NCBI GenBank assembly: GCA_017441005.1 | Contig: JAFSAM010000082.1 | Coordinates: forward strand, 8,656-72,655 | Length of the DNA stretch: 64,000 nt | Direction: 5' to 3' | DNA from: Clostridia bacterium | GTDB taxonomy: Bacteria > Bacillota > Clostridia > Oscillospirales > CAG-272 | Part shown: positions 22,030-32,462 of the stretch, in pieces | How the letters are laid out: the number at the start of each line of letters is the position of its first letter | How positions within the stretch are numbered: the stretch's first letter is position 1 | Made by a program: the position numbers and the translations under genes | Notes under the pieces: generated by a model | Seen by the model: the letters and a program-made list of their open reading frames with translations, nothing else | Database searches by the model: none | Told to the model about the DNA's origin: nothing

Positions 22030-22740
22030 ATGATTTTCCGAAAAAACAAAAACCCCGAGTCTTCACAAAAATCGGGAAAAACATATATTAAAAAAACAAT
22101 CATCATACTTCTTATTCTATGCATACTCGCGGCACTTGCCGTCTTTTCTCTTGATCTTATAGTTACTCGATCCACAAAGGATCAGATCGTAACCGAGTTT
22201 CATGATACCTACGACTGCATACTCGTTCTCGGAGCGGGCGTAAGAAACGGAAGTCCACGACCTATGCTTAAGGACAGGCTCGACTATGCCATCAAACTCT
22301 ATAAAAACGGAGTTGCTCCAAAGCTTCTTATGAGCGGTGACCACGGCAGGCAGGAGTATGACGAAGTCAACATAATGAAGGAATACGCCATCAATGCGGG
22401 TGTCCCCTCCGAAGATATATTTATGGACCACGCGGGATTTTCCACCTACGAAAGTATATACCGTGCAAAAGAGGTGTTCCTTGCACAAAAGATCGTCATC
22501 GTCACACAGGAATACCACCTCTACAGAGCTTTGTATATTGCAAACCGTCTTGACCTTGTGGCTGTAGGTTACGCCTCAGATCCACGTGAATACGCAGGGC
22601 AGCTATACCGCGATCTGAGAGAAATACTCGCAAGAGACAAGGACTTCTTATATTGCCTCTTTAAACCGTCGCCCAAATATCTCGGAGATGCCATTCCCGT
22701 AAGCGGCAACGGCGATATCACAAACGATAAAACAAAATAA
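22030..22740 (+). CDS. SanA/YdcF (DUF218) family protein
   Basis: LVLGAG, LLMSGDHG, DHAGFSTYES, VTQEYHLYRA. Confidence 0.88.
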   Translation: MIFRKNKNPESSQKSGKTYIKKTIIILLILCILAALAVFSLDLIVTRSTKDQIVTEFHDTYDCILVLGAGVRNGSPRPMLKDRLDYAIKLYKNGVAPKLLMSGDHGRQEYDEVNIMKEYAINAGVPSEDIFMDHAGFSTYESIYRAKEVFLAQKIVIVTQEYHLYRALYIANRLDLVAVGYASDPREYAGQLYRDLREILARDKDFLYCLFKPSPKYLGDAIPVSGNGDITNDKTK

Positions 22741-22757
22741 CGGAAGTACATACATAT

Positions 22758-23282
22758 ATGAAAAACGATTTGATCAAAAAAAGAATTGCAATTAATATCC
22801 GCAGTCTTATTACTGACCTCGAAAATTCAGAATTTGACCCTATGGCACAAAAGGGCTGTGCGCCCTTTGTAGATAACATACCCGAGGGAGATGACTGCAC
22901 CGAAACTATTGAGTTTTCCACAGAGGGCACTCTTACGGTCAAGGAAAACGTAGTCGAGATCACCTACAAGGAAAATGAAGCCCTCGGAATGGGTGACGTC
23001 GAATCTACCCTTCGCTTTAAGATCAGCCGCCCCACTATGATCAACCTCATTAGAAGGGGGGCTGCTCCCGCTTCACTCCTTTTTGATACGGAGTTTCCAC
23101 GCCGCAACTGCACCTACTGCATCGGCAATCTGCCCTTTTCGTTCTGTATCTGCACAAATGAAGTGATCAACGATTTTTCTCCCGAAAGAGGATCCATCGT
23201 CCTGGATTACGATATCGAAATGCACGGTGTCAACACCGAGCACAACGTTTATACCCTTGAATACAAAGAATTAAGAGGATAA
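22758..23282 (+). CDS. DUF1934-family protein
   Basis: IEFSTEGTL...ITYKENEALGM...GSIVLDYDIE beta-rich pattern. Confidence 0.65.
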   Translation: MKNDLIKKRIAINIRSLITDLENSEFDPMAQKGCAPFVDNIPEGDDCTETIEFSTEGTLTVKENVVEITYKENEALGMGDVESTLRFKISRPTMINLIRRGAAPASLLFDTEFPRRNCTYCIGNLPFSFCICTNEVINDFSPERGSIVLDYDIEMHGVNTEHNVYTLEYKELRG

Positions 23283-23287
23283 ATAAC

Positions 23288-24355
23288 ATGACGCCGACAG
23301 AATTCGGAAAGCTTATAAAAGAGGATATGCACGGAGTCTTTCTGTTTTACGGAGAGGAGCAGTACCTTAAGCAGCACTACCTCTCTATGCTAAAAAAGAA
23401 GATCAATCCCGATAATGACGATTCGGTCAGCATTTCGGGCGAGGATCTTGCCCTGACCGAGCTCGGTCAACGTATTATGGATATTGCCTCTATGCCCTCT
23501 ATGGATATGAACACGAGGCTCGTCATTGTCTACGACGTCGACTGGAGTTATGCCAAAATCGATAAAGAAAAAGAAAAAGACAACGAGGATCTTGCCTTTT
23601 TCGAATCCTGCATCTCCGAGCTTTCTTCATTTGACGACACGGTGGTCATCATAGATACGAGACCCGAGCATTTCAATGCAGGTACAGAAAAAAAGCCGTC
23701 GAAGCTCCTGGATCGGCTGAACAAGGTGCTTTCCTCTGTAGCCTTCGCAAAAGAAACTCCCGCCAAGCTTGCCGTATGGGTGCAAAAGCATTTTTCGGCA
23801 CACAAACTCAATGCAAGTCCTGTTGTTTGCAATTACATTATCACCTACTGCGGCAGAGATATGACCACTCTCAGTCACGAGATCACAAAGCTTTCTGCCT
23901 ACGTTTTGCAGAATGGTCGCGATACGGTTACAGAAAACGACGTTCGCACAGTATCGTCCTCTGTCAACGAGATCGAAACATTTGACTTCTCCAATGCTAT
24001 TCTGAAGGGTAATTCCGAAAGAGCCTTTTCCATTCTCAGCGATATGAGACTGCATAAAGAAAAGCCCGAATTGATCATGGGCAGCATAATAAGCGTATAC
24101 AACAATCTTTTTACGGTCAAGACCCTGCTCGACTCCGGAATGCTCCTTCCCGAAATCATCAAAACCACCGGAATGCGAGAATATCAAGCCCAGCTCTATA
24201 CAAGCAGGGCAAGCCGCCTCAGCAAAAAGGGTCTTGAAAAAGCTATGGAGCTTTGTCATGAGGCAGATATAAAAATCAAATCAAGAAGCATTGACTGCTA
24301 TGATATCATTGATATACTTCTCATCAAGCTGTCAATGACGGACAAAATACGATGA
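23288..24355 (+). CDS. holA: DNA polymerase III delta subunit
   Basis: FLFYGEEQYL N-terminus, LSHEITKL, FDFSNAI, ADIKIKS. Confidence 0.88.
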   Translation: MTPTEFGKLIKEDMHGVFLFYGEEQYLKQHYLSMLKKKINPDNDDSVSISGEDLALTELGQRIMDIASMPSMDMNTRLVIVYDVDWSYAKIDKEKEKDNEDLAFFESCISELSSFDDTVVIIDTRPEHFNAGTEKKPSKLLDRLNKVLSSVAFAKETPAKLAVWVQKHFSAHKLNASPVVCNYIITYCGRDMTTLSHEITKLSAYVLQNGRDTVTENDVRTVSSSVNEIETFDFSNAILKGNSERAFSILSDMRLHKEKPELIMGSIISVYNNLFTVKTLLDSGMLLPEIIKTTGMREYQAQLYTSRASRLSKKGLEKAMELCHEADIKIKSRSIDCYDIIDILLIKLSMTDKIR

Positions 24356-24942
24356 ACAAAATCAAAATCGATATTCCCGTTATAGTCGAAGGAAAATACG
24401 ACGTCATCAAGCTTAACTCGATCATTGACGGGCAAATAATAAAAACCGACGGTTTTTCTCTCTTCAACTCGCCCGAAACAAAAGACTTTATCGCAAAGCT
24501 CGCCTCGAAAAAAGGCGTTATCGTCCTTACCGACAGCGACGGGGCGGGGCTTGTTATCCGCAATCATCTTAATTCGTTTCTTCCTAAAGATAAGATCTTC
24601 CACCTATACCCTCCCATGATCGAGGGTAAGGAAAAAAGGAAAAGCGCGCCTTCAAAGGAGGGGCTTCTGGGAGTCGAGGGCATTTCTGCAGACGTCCTGC
24701 GTTCACTCTTTGTGCCGTTTGAATCGAATACCCCAAAAAATGACCGACCAAAAGTCACAAAGCTCGATTTCTATCAGGATGGGCTGACGGGACAGACCGA
24801 CAGCAAACAAAAGAGGGATAAGCTAAAAAAAATGCTCAACCTCCCCTCCAACATCTCGACAAATGCTCTGCTTGACAGTATAAACCTTCTCTATTCCTAC
24901 GATGAATACAAACAATTTCTGAAAGAAAGCGAAAAAATATAA
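24352..24942 (+). CDS. rnmV: Ribonuclease M5-like TOPRIM/DUF4093 protein
   Basis: IVEGKYD, LTDSDGAG, LGVEG. Confidence 0.8.
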   Translation: MNKIKIDIPVIVEGKYDVIKLNSIIDGQIIKTDGFSLFNSPETKDFIAKLASKKGVIVLTDSDGAGLVIRNHLNSFLPKDKIFHLYPPMIEGKEKRKSAPSKEGLLGVEGISADVLRSLFVPFESNTPKNDRPKVTKLDFYQDGLTGQTDSKQKRDKLKKMLNLPSNISTNALLDSINLLYSYDEYKQFLKESEKI

Positions 24943-25379
24943 TGATCACCAAAATCAAAGAACTGTTCACAAAATACAAAGAAGCAATCGCGTATATTTT
25001 TTTCGGTGTATTAACTACCGCAGTCGATTTTGTCGCGTACTGGCTATTCACAAGGCTTCTTCACATCGACGAAACGCTCTCAAACGTGCTTTCGCAGGCG
25101 GTCGCAATCTTGTTTGCCTACGTCACAAACAAGATCTTTGTTTTCGAGGATAAAACGGATACCTTCAAGCTGCTCATTATTCAGTTTGCAAAATTCGTTT
25201 CCTTCAGATTGGTCACTCTTGTGCTCAACACCGCACTTTTCTTCCTTATGCACGATATCTGCAACATAAATGATATTATAACTAAGACTTCCGTTTCTGT
25301 TATAGTAATCATTCTAAACTACGTTTTCAGTAAACTTTTCGTTTTTAAAAAAGGAGACAAAAATGAATCCAATATATGA
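24942..25379 (+). CDS. GtrA-family flippase-like membrane protein
   Basis: YIFFGVLTT, AYVTNKIFVF, LNYVFSKLFVF. Confidence 0.88.
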   Translation: MITKIKELFTKYKEAIAYIFFGVLTTAVDFVAYWLFTRLLHIDETLSNVLSQAVAILFAYVTNKIFVFEDKTDTFKLLIIQFAKFVSFRLVTLVLNTALFFLMHDICNINDIITKTSVSVIVIILNYVFSKLFVFKKGDKNESNI

Positions 25380-26196
25380 TAAGCTTATTAATTGCCTCGA
25401 TCAAATACACAAAATCACAGACTTTCAGCCTGAAGTAGGTCTTGTCCTCGGCTCCGGTCTCGGCGGATTCGGTGAAAAAATAAAAATCTCGTCTACGGTC
25501 GACTATTCCTCGATCGACGGCTTCCCCGTATCTACGGTTGCCGGCCACGCGGGGCGTTTCATCTTCGGATACGTCGGTGACGTGCCCGTTGTCGCAATGC
25601 AAGGCAGAGTACACTACTACGAGGGATACAAGATGACCGACGTTGTATTACCGGTCAGACTTATGTGTATGCTCGGCGCTAAAAAGATCATCCTCACCAA
25701 TGCTGCCGGCGGTATCAACACCACCTTTAAGCCCGGCACTCTTATGTCTCTTACCGACCATATCACCTCCTTTGTTCCATCCCCGCTTATCGGGCAGAAC
25801 ATCGACGAGCTTGGTGTGAGATTTCCCGATATGACGACCGTATACGACGAAAAGCTCCGCAAGATTTTGAAGGATACTGCAAAATCGCTTGACATCCCGC
25901 TTAAAGAGGGAGTATATATTCAGTTCACAGGTCCCGCCTACGAAACTCCCGCTGAAATCCGTGCGGCAAGGACGCTCGGCGCTGATGCTGTCGGCATGAG
26001 CACGGCTGTAGAGGCTATGGCACTCCGCCACATGGGTGCAAGAGTATGCGCCGTAAGCTGTATCTCCAACCCCGCCGCCGGTCTAAACAAAAAGCCTCTC
26101 ACCCACGAAGAAGTAAAAGAAACTGCCGATATGGTATCGGACCAATTCCAAAAGCTTATCTACAACTCTATTATTAATATGGGCAAAGAAGAATGA
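25363..26196 (+). CDS. punA: Purine-nucleoside phosphorylase (trimeric type)
   Basis: [32 protein letters not shown]. Confidence 0.92.
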   Translation: MNPIYDKLINCLDQIHKITDFQPEVGLVLGSGLGGFGEKIKISSTVDYSSIDGFPVSTVAGHAGRFIFGYVGDVPVVAMQGRVHYYEGYKMTDVVLPVRLMCMLGAKKIILTNAAGGINTTFKPGTLMSLTDHITSFVPSPLIGQNIDELGVRFPDMTTVYDEKLRKILKDTAKSLDIPLKEGVYIQFTGPAYETPAEIRAARTLGADAVGMSTAVEAMALRHMGARVCAVSCISNPAAGLNKKPLTHEEVKETADMVSDQFQKLIYNSIINMGKEE

Positions 26197-26654
26197 AAAA
26201 ACACGTTGATATATATACCGACGGTGCCTGCAAGGGCAATCCCGGTCCCGGTGGATACGGAATCGTGCTCGTCTATCGCCAAACCGAAAAAAGAATGAGC
26301 CGCGGCTTTAAGTGCACCACAAACAACAGAATGGAGCTTCTCGCAGCCATAACCGCACTTGAAGCTCTCAATGAAAGCTGTGACGTCACCCTATATTCCG
26401 ACTCAAAGTATCTTATCGATGCAATGACGAAGGGTTGGGCAAGATCGTGGCAGGCAAAGAATTGGATAAAAAGCGATAAGAAAAAGGCATTGAACGTCGA
26501 TCTCTGGGAAAAAATGCTCCTTCTTGACTCTCAACACACAATACAATACGTTTGGGTCAAGGGGCACAACGGTCACGAATACAACGAGATATGTGACACC
26601 CTTGCGGTCGAGGCCGCAGAAAACCCTCAATATGAAGATGTACACGGAGAGTAA
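26193..26654 (+). CDS. rnhA: Ribonuclease HI
   Basis: [32 protein letters not shown]. Confidence 0.95.
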   Translation: MKKHVDIYTDGACKGNPGPGGYGIVLVYRQTEKRMSRGFKCTTNNRMELLAAITALEALNESCDVTLYSDSKYLIDAMTKGWARSWQAKNWIKSDKKKALNVDLWEKMLLLDSQHTIQYVWVKGHNGHEYNEICDTLAVEAAENPQYEDVHGE

Positions 26655-26657
26655 AAT

Positions 26658-27683
26658 ATGAAAATTCTCGTTGGACTGAGCGGAGGCCTTGACAGCACCT
26701 ACACTGCATATAAGCTCCTTAAAGAAGGTCACTCCGTCGAGGGGCTTGTGCTCATAATGCACGATCATACCGACGTGTCCTCCGCAAAAAAGATTGCCGA
26801 TACACTGAATATCAAGCTCCACACGCTTGACTGCCGCGATATTTTTAAGCAATACGTGATCAGCAACTTTATTTCCGAATACTCGTCGGGACACACACCA
26901 AATCCCTGCACCGTATGCAACAGATACGTTAAAATCGCTCAGCTCTGCAAATATGCCGTCGAAAACGGCTTCGACAAAGCCGCTACCGGTCACTACGCAA
27001 GCATCGGCTTCGATGAAGTATCAAACAGATATTATATAGAAAAAGGGGCAGACGAAAAAAAAGACCAAAGCTATATGCTTTGGTATCTGACGCAGGAACA
27101 GCTTAAAACCCTTTATTTCCCGCTTTCCGATGTCACAAAGGAACAGATACGCGAGGAAATAAAAAACACAGAGTTTGCCTATCTTGTCTCTGCAAAGGAG
27201 AGCCAGGAGATATGCTTCATCCCCGACAACGACTATGCGTCCTATATTGAAAAACAAACGGGTACCTTCCCCGAGGGTGATTTTGTCGATGCTGCAGGAA
27301 GGGTGATCGGCCGTCACAAGGGTATCATTCACTATACCATCGGTCAGCGGAAGGGCCTCGGCCTTAGCCTCGGTGCGCCCGCCTACATCACAAAGATCGA
27401 CCCTCAAAACAACACGGTTACCGTAGAAAAGCAGAGTGACGTTAAATGTAACATGCTTAAAGCAAATTCTCTTAACGGTCAGCTTTTGTCAATTGATGAT
27501 GGAAGCAAATACACGCTTGACGTGAAGATCAGATATGCCGCAAAGCCGATGAAGGCTGACGTTTCTATAGAAAACGGCGTTGCTACGGTTACCTTTTCAG
27601 ACTCTGTTCGTGCCGTGACCCCCGGTCAAAGTGCGGTGTTCTATCTTGAAAACCGACTTGCGTTCGGCGGAGTTATTATCTGA
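26658..27683 (+). CDS. mnmA: tRNA 2-thiouridylase
   Basis: SGGLDS, TPNPC, ATGHY, KDQSY, ESQEICF, YTIGQRKG. Confidence 0.95.
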   Translation: MKILVGLSGGLDSTYTAYKLLKEGHSVEGLVLIMHDHTDVSSAKKIADTLNIKLHTLDCRDIFKQYVISNFISEYSSGHTPNPCTVCNRYVKIAQLCKYAVENGFDKAATGHYASIGFDEVSNRYYIEKGADEKKDQSYMLWYLTQEQLKTLYFPLSDVTKEQIREEIKNTEFAYLVSAKESQEICFIPDNDYASYIEKQTGTFPEGDFVDAAGRVIGRHKGIIHYTIGQRKGLGLSLGAPAYITKIDPQNNTVTVEKQSDVKCNMLKANSLNGQLLSIDDGSKYTLDVKIRYAAKPMKADVSIENGVATVTFSDSVRAVTPGQSAVFYLENRLAFGGVII

Positions 27684-27749
27684 TCATTTCCACTTTTTTG
27701 AAAGGGATGCAAATTTTGGGCATAGAAAATGTTATGATCCTGTCCCGAA

Positions 27750-28631
27750 ATGCGCTTGACCAATATGAGTAAATGTAATCTTTGTCCGAGAAAATGCAAC
27801 GTCGACCGTGATATTTCGCTCGGATTTTGCCAATGCAGATCTTTGCCTATTGTTTCAAAAACAATGCTCCACAGGTGGGAGGAGCCGCCCATCAGCGGCA
27901 TAAACGGAAGCGGAGCGGTCTTCTTTTCGGGCTGTACGCTTCAATGTGTATTCTGCCAGAATAAAGCCATCAGCCGCGCTCCTGTCGGCAGGATCACCAC
28001 TCCAAAAGAGCTTGCGAGTATTTTTCTTGAGCTTCAATCACGTGGAGCACACAATATAAACCTTGTCACTCCGACCCACTTCACCGACAGCATTATTGAG
28101 GCACTCGACATTGCAAAACCTACGCTCCATATTCCCATCGTATACAATACAAGCGGATATGAGCTTGCAGAAACGCTGAAAAAGCTGCGGGGCTATGTTG
28201 ACGTTTTCCTGCCCGATTTCAAATATTATGACACTGCCCTCTCGGCGAAATATTCAAAAGCTCCCGACTATTTCTCGGTTGCAATCAAAGCTTTGTCGGA
28301 AATGTATTCTCAGGTAGGACAATACACTGAGGATGAAAATGGGATAGCCAAAAAAGGGGTTATCATACGTCATCTTGTATTGCCCGGATGCCGAAAAGAC
28401 TCGGTAAGAATTTTGGAGGAAATAAAAAACACCCTCCCCGTTTCTGATATCAGGCTCAGCCTTATGAGTCAATTCACCCCCGACTTCGTTCCAACGGAGT
28501 GTAAAGAGCTTTCAAGGAAAATTACTACCTTCGAATACGATTTCGTTCTCAAAAAAGCAATCGAATTGGGATATGACGGTTTCTTTCAACAAAAGGAATC
28601 CGCCTCGGCAAAGTATACCCCCGATTTTTGA
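27750..28631 (+). CDS. Radical SAM protein, PflX-like (start may be 27765)
   Basis: CNLCPRKC, CTLQCVFCQN, NINLVTPTH. Confidence 0.85.
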   Translation: MRLTNMSKCNLCPRKCNVDRDISLGFCQCRSLPIVSKTMLHRWEEPPISGINGSGAVFFSGCTLQCVFCQNKAISRAPVGRITTPKELASIFLELQSRGAHNINLVTPTHFTDSIIEALDIAKPTLHIPIVYNTSGYELAETLKKLRGYVDVFLPDFKYYDTALSAKYSKAPDYFSVAIKALSEMYSQVGQYTEDENGIAKKGVIIRHLVLPGCRKDSVRILEEIKNTLPVSDIRLSLMSQFTPDFVPTECKELSRKITTFEYDFVLKKAIELGYDGFFQQKESASAKYTPDF

Positions 28632-28639
28632 AAAGCATC

Positions 28640-28668
28640 AAAAAAACTCCGATTTTTCGGAGTTTTTT
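28640..28668. terminator. Bidirectional terminator
   Basis: AAAAAACTCCGA...TCGGAGTTTTTT. Confidence 0.75.
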
Positions 28669-29185
28669 ATTTTGAATATTCGTTTATATACTTCATTACT
28701 TCGTTTTTAGGTACACCCAAGGCGTACGCAAAATCACCCGAAAGTATGCTTTCTGCCATAGAAAGATACCTAAGATCCATTGCCCTCATTTTCTTCTTTG
28801 CCTTCTCCATCTCATCTTTATAAGCGCTGACAGCTCTTACGATCCAAAGCATCTTGACCTTGTCGCCGCTGTTTATTATTTCCTCAAAAAGCGCAGTTCG
28901 CGATTTGCAGTCATCAAGCCACAAACCGTCGATATTTTTCGATTCTTCGATTATACTATGTATCTCTTCAACGGTAAGAGCACGTCTTATCTCCTTTTCA
29001 AGCTCTGAGCCTATCGGAACGAACACCCTTGTATTTTCATCATATACGGAAGTAAGAACGTAATACTCCTTCTTTCCTTGACCTCCGAAATTCTGTACGG
29101 AAATTTCCGTTATTTTACACACGCCGGTCTTTCGGTACGTTACATAATCATTCACCGTATATGCCGTTTTGTCCTTTTTATCCAC
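28667..29185 (-). CDS. CarD-family transcription regulator
   Basis: DYVTYRKTGVCKITEI, VFVP, conserved Trp; GTG start with AAGGGG. Confidence 0.82.
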   Translation of the reverse strand: MDKKDKTAYTVNDYVTYRKTGVCKITEISVQNFGGQGKKEYYVLTSVYDENTRVFVPIGSELEKEIRRALTVEEIHSIIEESKNIDGLWLDDCKSRTALFEEIINSGDKVKMLWIVRAVSAYKDEMEKAKKKMRAMDLRYLSMAESILSGDFAYALGVPKNEVMKYINEYSK

Positions 29186-29299
29186 TGTTTGCGCCCCCTT
29201 TTGCCCATTCTATATTACTATTATAACATATTTTTAAAAAAATTTCAAAGCTAATTTTCAAAAAAATTTTATTTTTTCCTGACTTTTATACACAATAAG

Positions 29300-29334
29300 A
29301 AAGGATGCGGTTCAATGTTAAACCGCATCCTTTT
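29300..29334 (-). terminator. Terminator of glyA
   Basis: AAAGGATGCGGTT...AACCGCATCCTTT. Confidence 0.75.
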
Positions 29335-29343
29335 GGGATTTTT

Positions 29344-30585
29344 TTAATAAAGGGGATATTTCTTACAGAGCTTTGCTACCTCTGCCTTGATGTATTCTGC
29401 CTGTGCATCGAAATCGGATGCCGCAAGCTTGATGAGCTTGCCGATCACCTTCATATCGTCCTCCTTCATACCTCTTGTGGTAACGGCGGGAGTACCGATT
29501 CTTACGCCGCTTGTAATGAAGGGACTCTGCGGATCGTTGGGGATAGCATTCTTGTTAAGTGTAATGCCAACCTGATCAAGCTTATTCTCAAGCTCCTTAC
29601 CTGTAATATTGAAGTTACGGAGGTCAACGAGCATTAAGTGGTTATCGGTTCCGCCCGATACGAGGTCGAAGCCCTCGGCTACCAGCGTTTCTGCCAAAGC
29701 CTTTGCATTCTTGATTACCTGTGTCTGGTATTCCTTGAATTCGGGCTTAAGCGCCTCGCCGAAGCATACTGCCTTCGCAGAAATTGTATGCATCAAAGGA
29801 CCGCCCTGCATTCCGGGGAATATGCCCTTGTCGATCTTCTTCGCAAGCTCTTCCTTACAGAGGATGAGACCGCCTCTCGGACCGCGAAGTGTCTTGTGTG
29901 TAGTTGAAGTTACAACGTCCGCATAAGGCACGGGGCTGGGATGAAGTCCTGCCGCAACAAGACCTGCTATATGCGCCATATCTACCATAAGATATGCGCC
30001 GACCTTTTTTGCTATTGCCGCAAAGCGTTCAAAATCAATTATTCTGGGATATGCCGATGCGCCCGCAACGATAAGCTTGGGCTTATGCTGAACTGCAAGC
30101 TCCTCTACCTTATCGTAGTCAATTCTGTGTGTTACATCATCGATTCCGTAAGGAACGAAGTTATATACAAGACCGCTCATATTTACGGGGCTTCCGTGTG
30201 TAAGGTGACCGCCGCAAGCAAGGCTCATACCGAGTACGGTATCGCCCGGCTGGAGAAGTGCAATGTATACTGCAGAGTTAGCCTGCGCACCGCTATGCGC
30301 CTGTACGTTTGCGTGCTCTGCACCAAAAAGTTTCTTTGCTCTTTCTCTTGCTATATTTTCTGTAATATCTACGCATTCGCATCCGCCGTAGTATCTCTTT
30401 CCGGGGTAGCCCTCTGCATATTTATTGGTAAGTACAGTTCCCATTGCGCTCATTACCGGCTCGGAAACGATGTTCTCCGACGCGATAAGCTCAATGCAAT
30501 TCTTCTGTCGGTTAAGCTCAAGCTCAATAGCCTTCGCAACCTCTTCGTCATACTTGTAAAGATAATCCAAATTTTCTCTAATCAT
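29344..30585 (-). CDS. glyA: Serine hydroxymethyltransferase
   Basis: [33 protein letters not shown]. Confidence 0.97.
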   Translation of the reverse strand: MIRENLDYLYKYDEEVAKAIELELNRQKNCIELIASENIVSEPVMSAMGTVLTNKYAEGYPGKRYYGGCECVDITENIARERAKKLFGAEHANVQAHSGAQANSAVYIALLQPGDTVLGMSLACGGHLTHGSPVNMSGLVYNFVPYGIDDVTHRIDYDKVEELAVQHKPKLIVAGASAYPRIIDFERFAAIAKKVGAYLMVDMAHIAGLVAAGLHPSPVPYADVVTSTTHKTLRGPRGGLILCKEELAKKIDKGIFPGMQGGPLMHTISAKAVCFGEALKPEFKEYQTQVIKNAKALAETLVAEGFDLVSGGTDNHLMLVDLRNFNITGKELENKLDQVGITLNKNAIPNDPQSPFITSGVRIGTPAVTTRGMKEDDMKVIGKLIKLAASDFDAQAEYIKAEVAKLCKKYPLY

Positions 30586-30754
30586 ATTCTTTACGTTCCC
30601 TTTCTGTATTATAACATCCCTATTATACTATCTTTTTCTCACTATTTCAACTATATTCGCAAAAGAATTAAAAAAATTTAAAATTTACCCGTTTACTTTT
30701 ATACTGATTTGTGGTATACTATACACAAATAAAAAATTTGGGAGGTACTATATC

Positions 30755-31024
30755 ATGCCAGAAAACAAAAAAGATTACGAAAAAAATGATGGCCTTAGTT
30801 TGATTCTCAAGCTGGTTCTCATCTTTGGTGCTATTATTGCCGCTGTTGTAGTGGGAATTAAGGTTTACGAAAAGATCCAGGCAAGACGTATCTGCAAGAT
30901 ATGCGACTGCGCTGACGAAGAAGACTATTTCAACGATGACGACGATTTCTGCGATTGCGACGAATGCGACGATGATATTACCATCGCCAAGGTTACCGAA
31001 AAGGAAATCAATCCCACAGAATAA
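30755..31024 (+). CDS. Small membrane protein with acidic Cys-rich tail
   Basis: GGAGG RBS, own TGgTATACT -10 and terminator, TM helix then CKICDC...CDCDEC. Confidence 0.75.
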   Translation: MPENKKDYEKNDGLSLILKLVLIFGAIIAAVVVGIKVYEKIQARRICKICDCADEEDYFNDDDDFCDCDECDDDITIAKVTEKEINPTE

Positions 31025-31045
31025 TTATTGACCGTCACACATCGA

Positions 31046-31075
31046 AAAGCTTGTCATTTATGACAGGCTTTTTTA
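31046..31075 (+). terminator. Intrinsic terminator
   Basis: AAAGCTTGTCAT..ATGACAGGCTTTTT. Confidence 0.7.
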
Positions 31076-31166
31076 TTTTCTGTATATCCTTATTTTTTAC
31101 TTGAAAAAACTGTAATACTGTGTTATAATAGCCCTAATGAAAAATCCCCATAAAGGATGTGAATAT

Positions 31167-31532
31167 ATGCTTCTGCAAGAATCAGGCGAAATGTACCTCG
31201 AAACAATATACGTCCTTACCAAAGAGAGAGACAACATACGTTCGATCGATATTTGCGAATACATGGGCTACTCGAAGCCAAGCATCAGCCGCGCCGTGGG
31301 AATACTCAAAAATGCCGGCTATATCAATGTCGACCAAAACGGCTATATCACCCTGACCGACAGCGGTCTTCTGATCGCAGAAAAGACCTATGAAAGGCAT
31401 CACGTCCTGACAAGTCTGTTTATCAAAATGGGAGTCAGTGAAAAGACCGCATCCGAGGATGCCTGCAAGATCGAGCACGTCATAAGCGACGAGGTCTTTG
31501 AGGCAATAAAAAAATACTTTGTTAAAATGTAA
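31167..31532 (+). CDS. DtxR/MntR-family metal-dependent regulator
   Basis: ESGEMYLETIY, SKPSISRAV, YERH, DACKIEHVIS. Confidence 0.9.
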   Translation: MLLQESGEMYLETIYVLTKERDNIRSIDICEYMGYSKPSISRAVGILKNAGYINVDQNGYITLTDSGLLIAEKTYERHHVLTSLFIKMGVSEKTASEDACKIEHVISDEVFEAIKKYFVKM

Positions 31533-31544
31533 AAGGGGAATATT

Positions 31545-32408
31545 ATGAAAATTTCAACAGAAATCGCTTCCATTGCCAAAATCGTCGGCGAGGAAAAAGC
31601 TATAGAATACGTTGCAAAAGCGGGTTTTGACCACTGGGATTTCTCGATGTTCGAAATGGCGCGCTTCAACAAAGCGACAGGCAAGCTTTTTGAAACGGGT
31701 CATCCCCTTATGGGCAATGAACGCCTTGCCTTTGCAAGGAAGCTCAAGCAGATCGGGCTTGACTTTGGAATTACCTGCAACCAGGCACACGCGCCCTTCC
31801 CGGTGAGAATTCCCGAGATATTGGATGCGCAGAAATATGCGCTCGAATGTGCCGCCGAAGCGGGAGCTAAAATTTGTGTCGTACACCCAGACAACTTTAA
31901 GTCCCCCGAGGAAAACGCGGAAATGTATTTTGAGCTCCTTCCCTTTGCCAAGGAATACGGCGTCAAGATTGCAACAGAGAATATGTGGAACTGGGATACC
32001 GAAAAGCTCGAAGCTCTCCCCGCTGCCTGCTCGGATGCAAAAAACTTCCTCGATCATATTCTCGCTGTAAATGATCCATACTTCGTAGCCTGCCTCGACA
32101 TCGGTCACGCGGAAATGCGCGGACTCAACACAACTGCCGTCGAATGCATACATACCCTCGGTGATCACCTTCAGGCTCTCCATATTCACGACAACGATAA
32201 GTGGCACGACAGCCACATGCTTCCCTTCTCTATGGACATCGACTTTGACGCTATACTCAAGGCTTTGAAGGACATCGGATACAACGGCGATTTCACACTC
32301 GAGGCCGATAGACATATCGGAAACAGACCTGCAGAAGAGGTATTCAGCGGTGTTTGCGAAATGGCAAAATCCACAAGAAAGCTTGCAGATATGTTTGAAG
32401 CTCTTTAA
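31545..32408 (+). CDS. Sugar phosphate isomerase/epimerase (xylose-isomerase-like TIM barrel)
   Basis: IATEN, CLDIGH, LHIHDND, FTLE metal motifs. Confidence 0.82.
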   Translation: MKISTEIASIAKIVGEEKAIEYVAKAGFDHWDFSMFEMARFNKATGKLFETGHPLMGNERLAFARKLKQIGLDFGITCNQAHAPFPVRIPEILDAQKYALECAAEAGAKICVVHPDNFKSPEENAEMYFELLPFAKEYGVKIATENMWNWDTEKLEALPAACSDAKNFLDHILAVNDPYFVACLDIGHAEMRGLNTTAVECIHTLGDHLQALHIHDNDKWHDSHMLPFSMDIDFDAILKALKDIGYNGDFTLEADRHIGNRPAEEVFSGVCEMAKSTRKLADMFEAL

Positions 32409-32425
32409 ATTTCTTTTTAAATTAT

Positions 32426-32460
32426 AATGGGATAGGCTAAAATGCCTATCCCGTTTTTTT
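32426..32460. terminator. Terminator between convergent genes
   Basis: GGGATAGGC...GCCTATCCC plus T-run. Confidence 0.75.
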
Positions 32461-32462
32461 AA

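Noticed and set aside
16725-27683. RNA-metabolism supercluster (rnj, rnr, rnmV, rnhA, mnmA)
   Set aside because: Ordinary housekeeping genes split by terminators and unrelated genes; secG-rnr linkage is common in firmicutes
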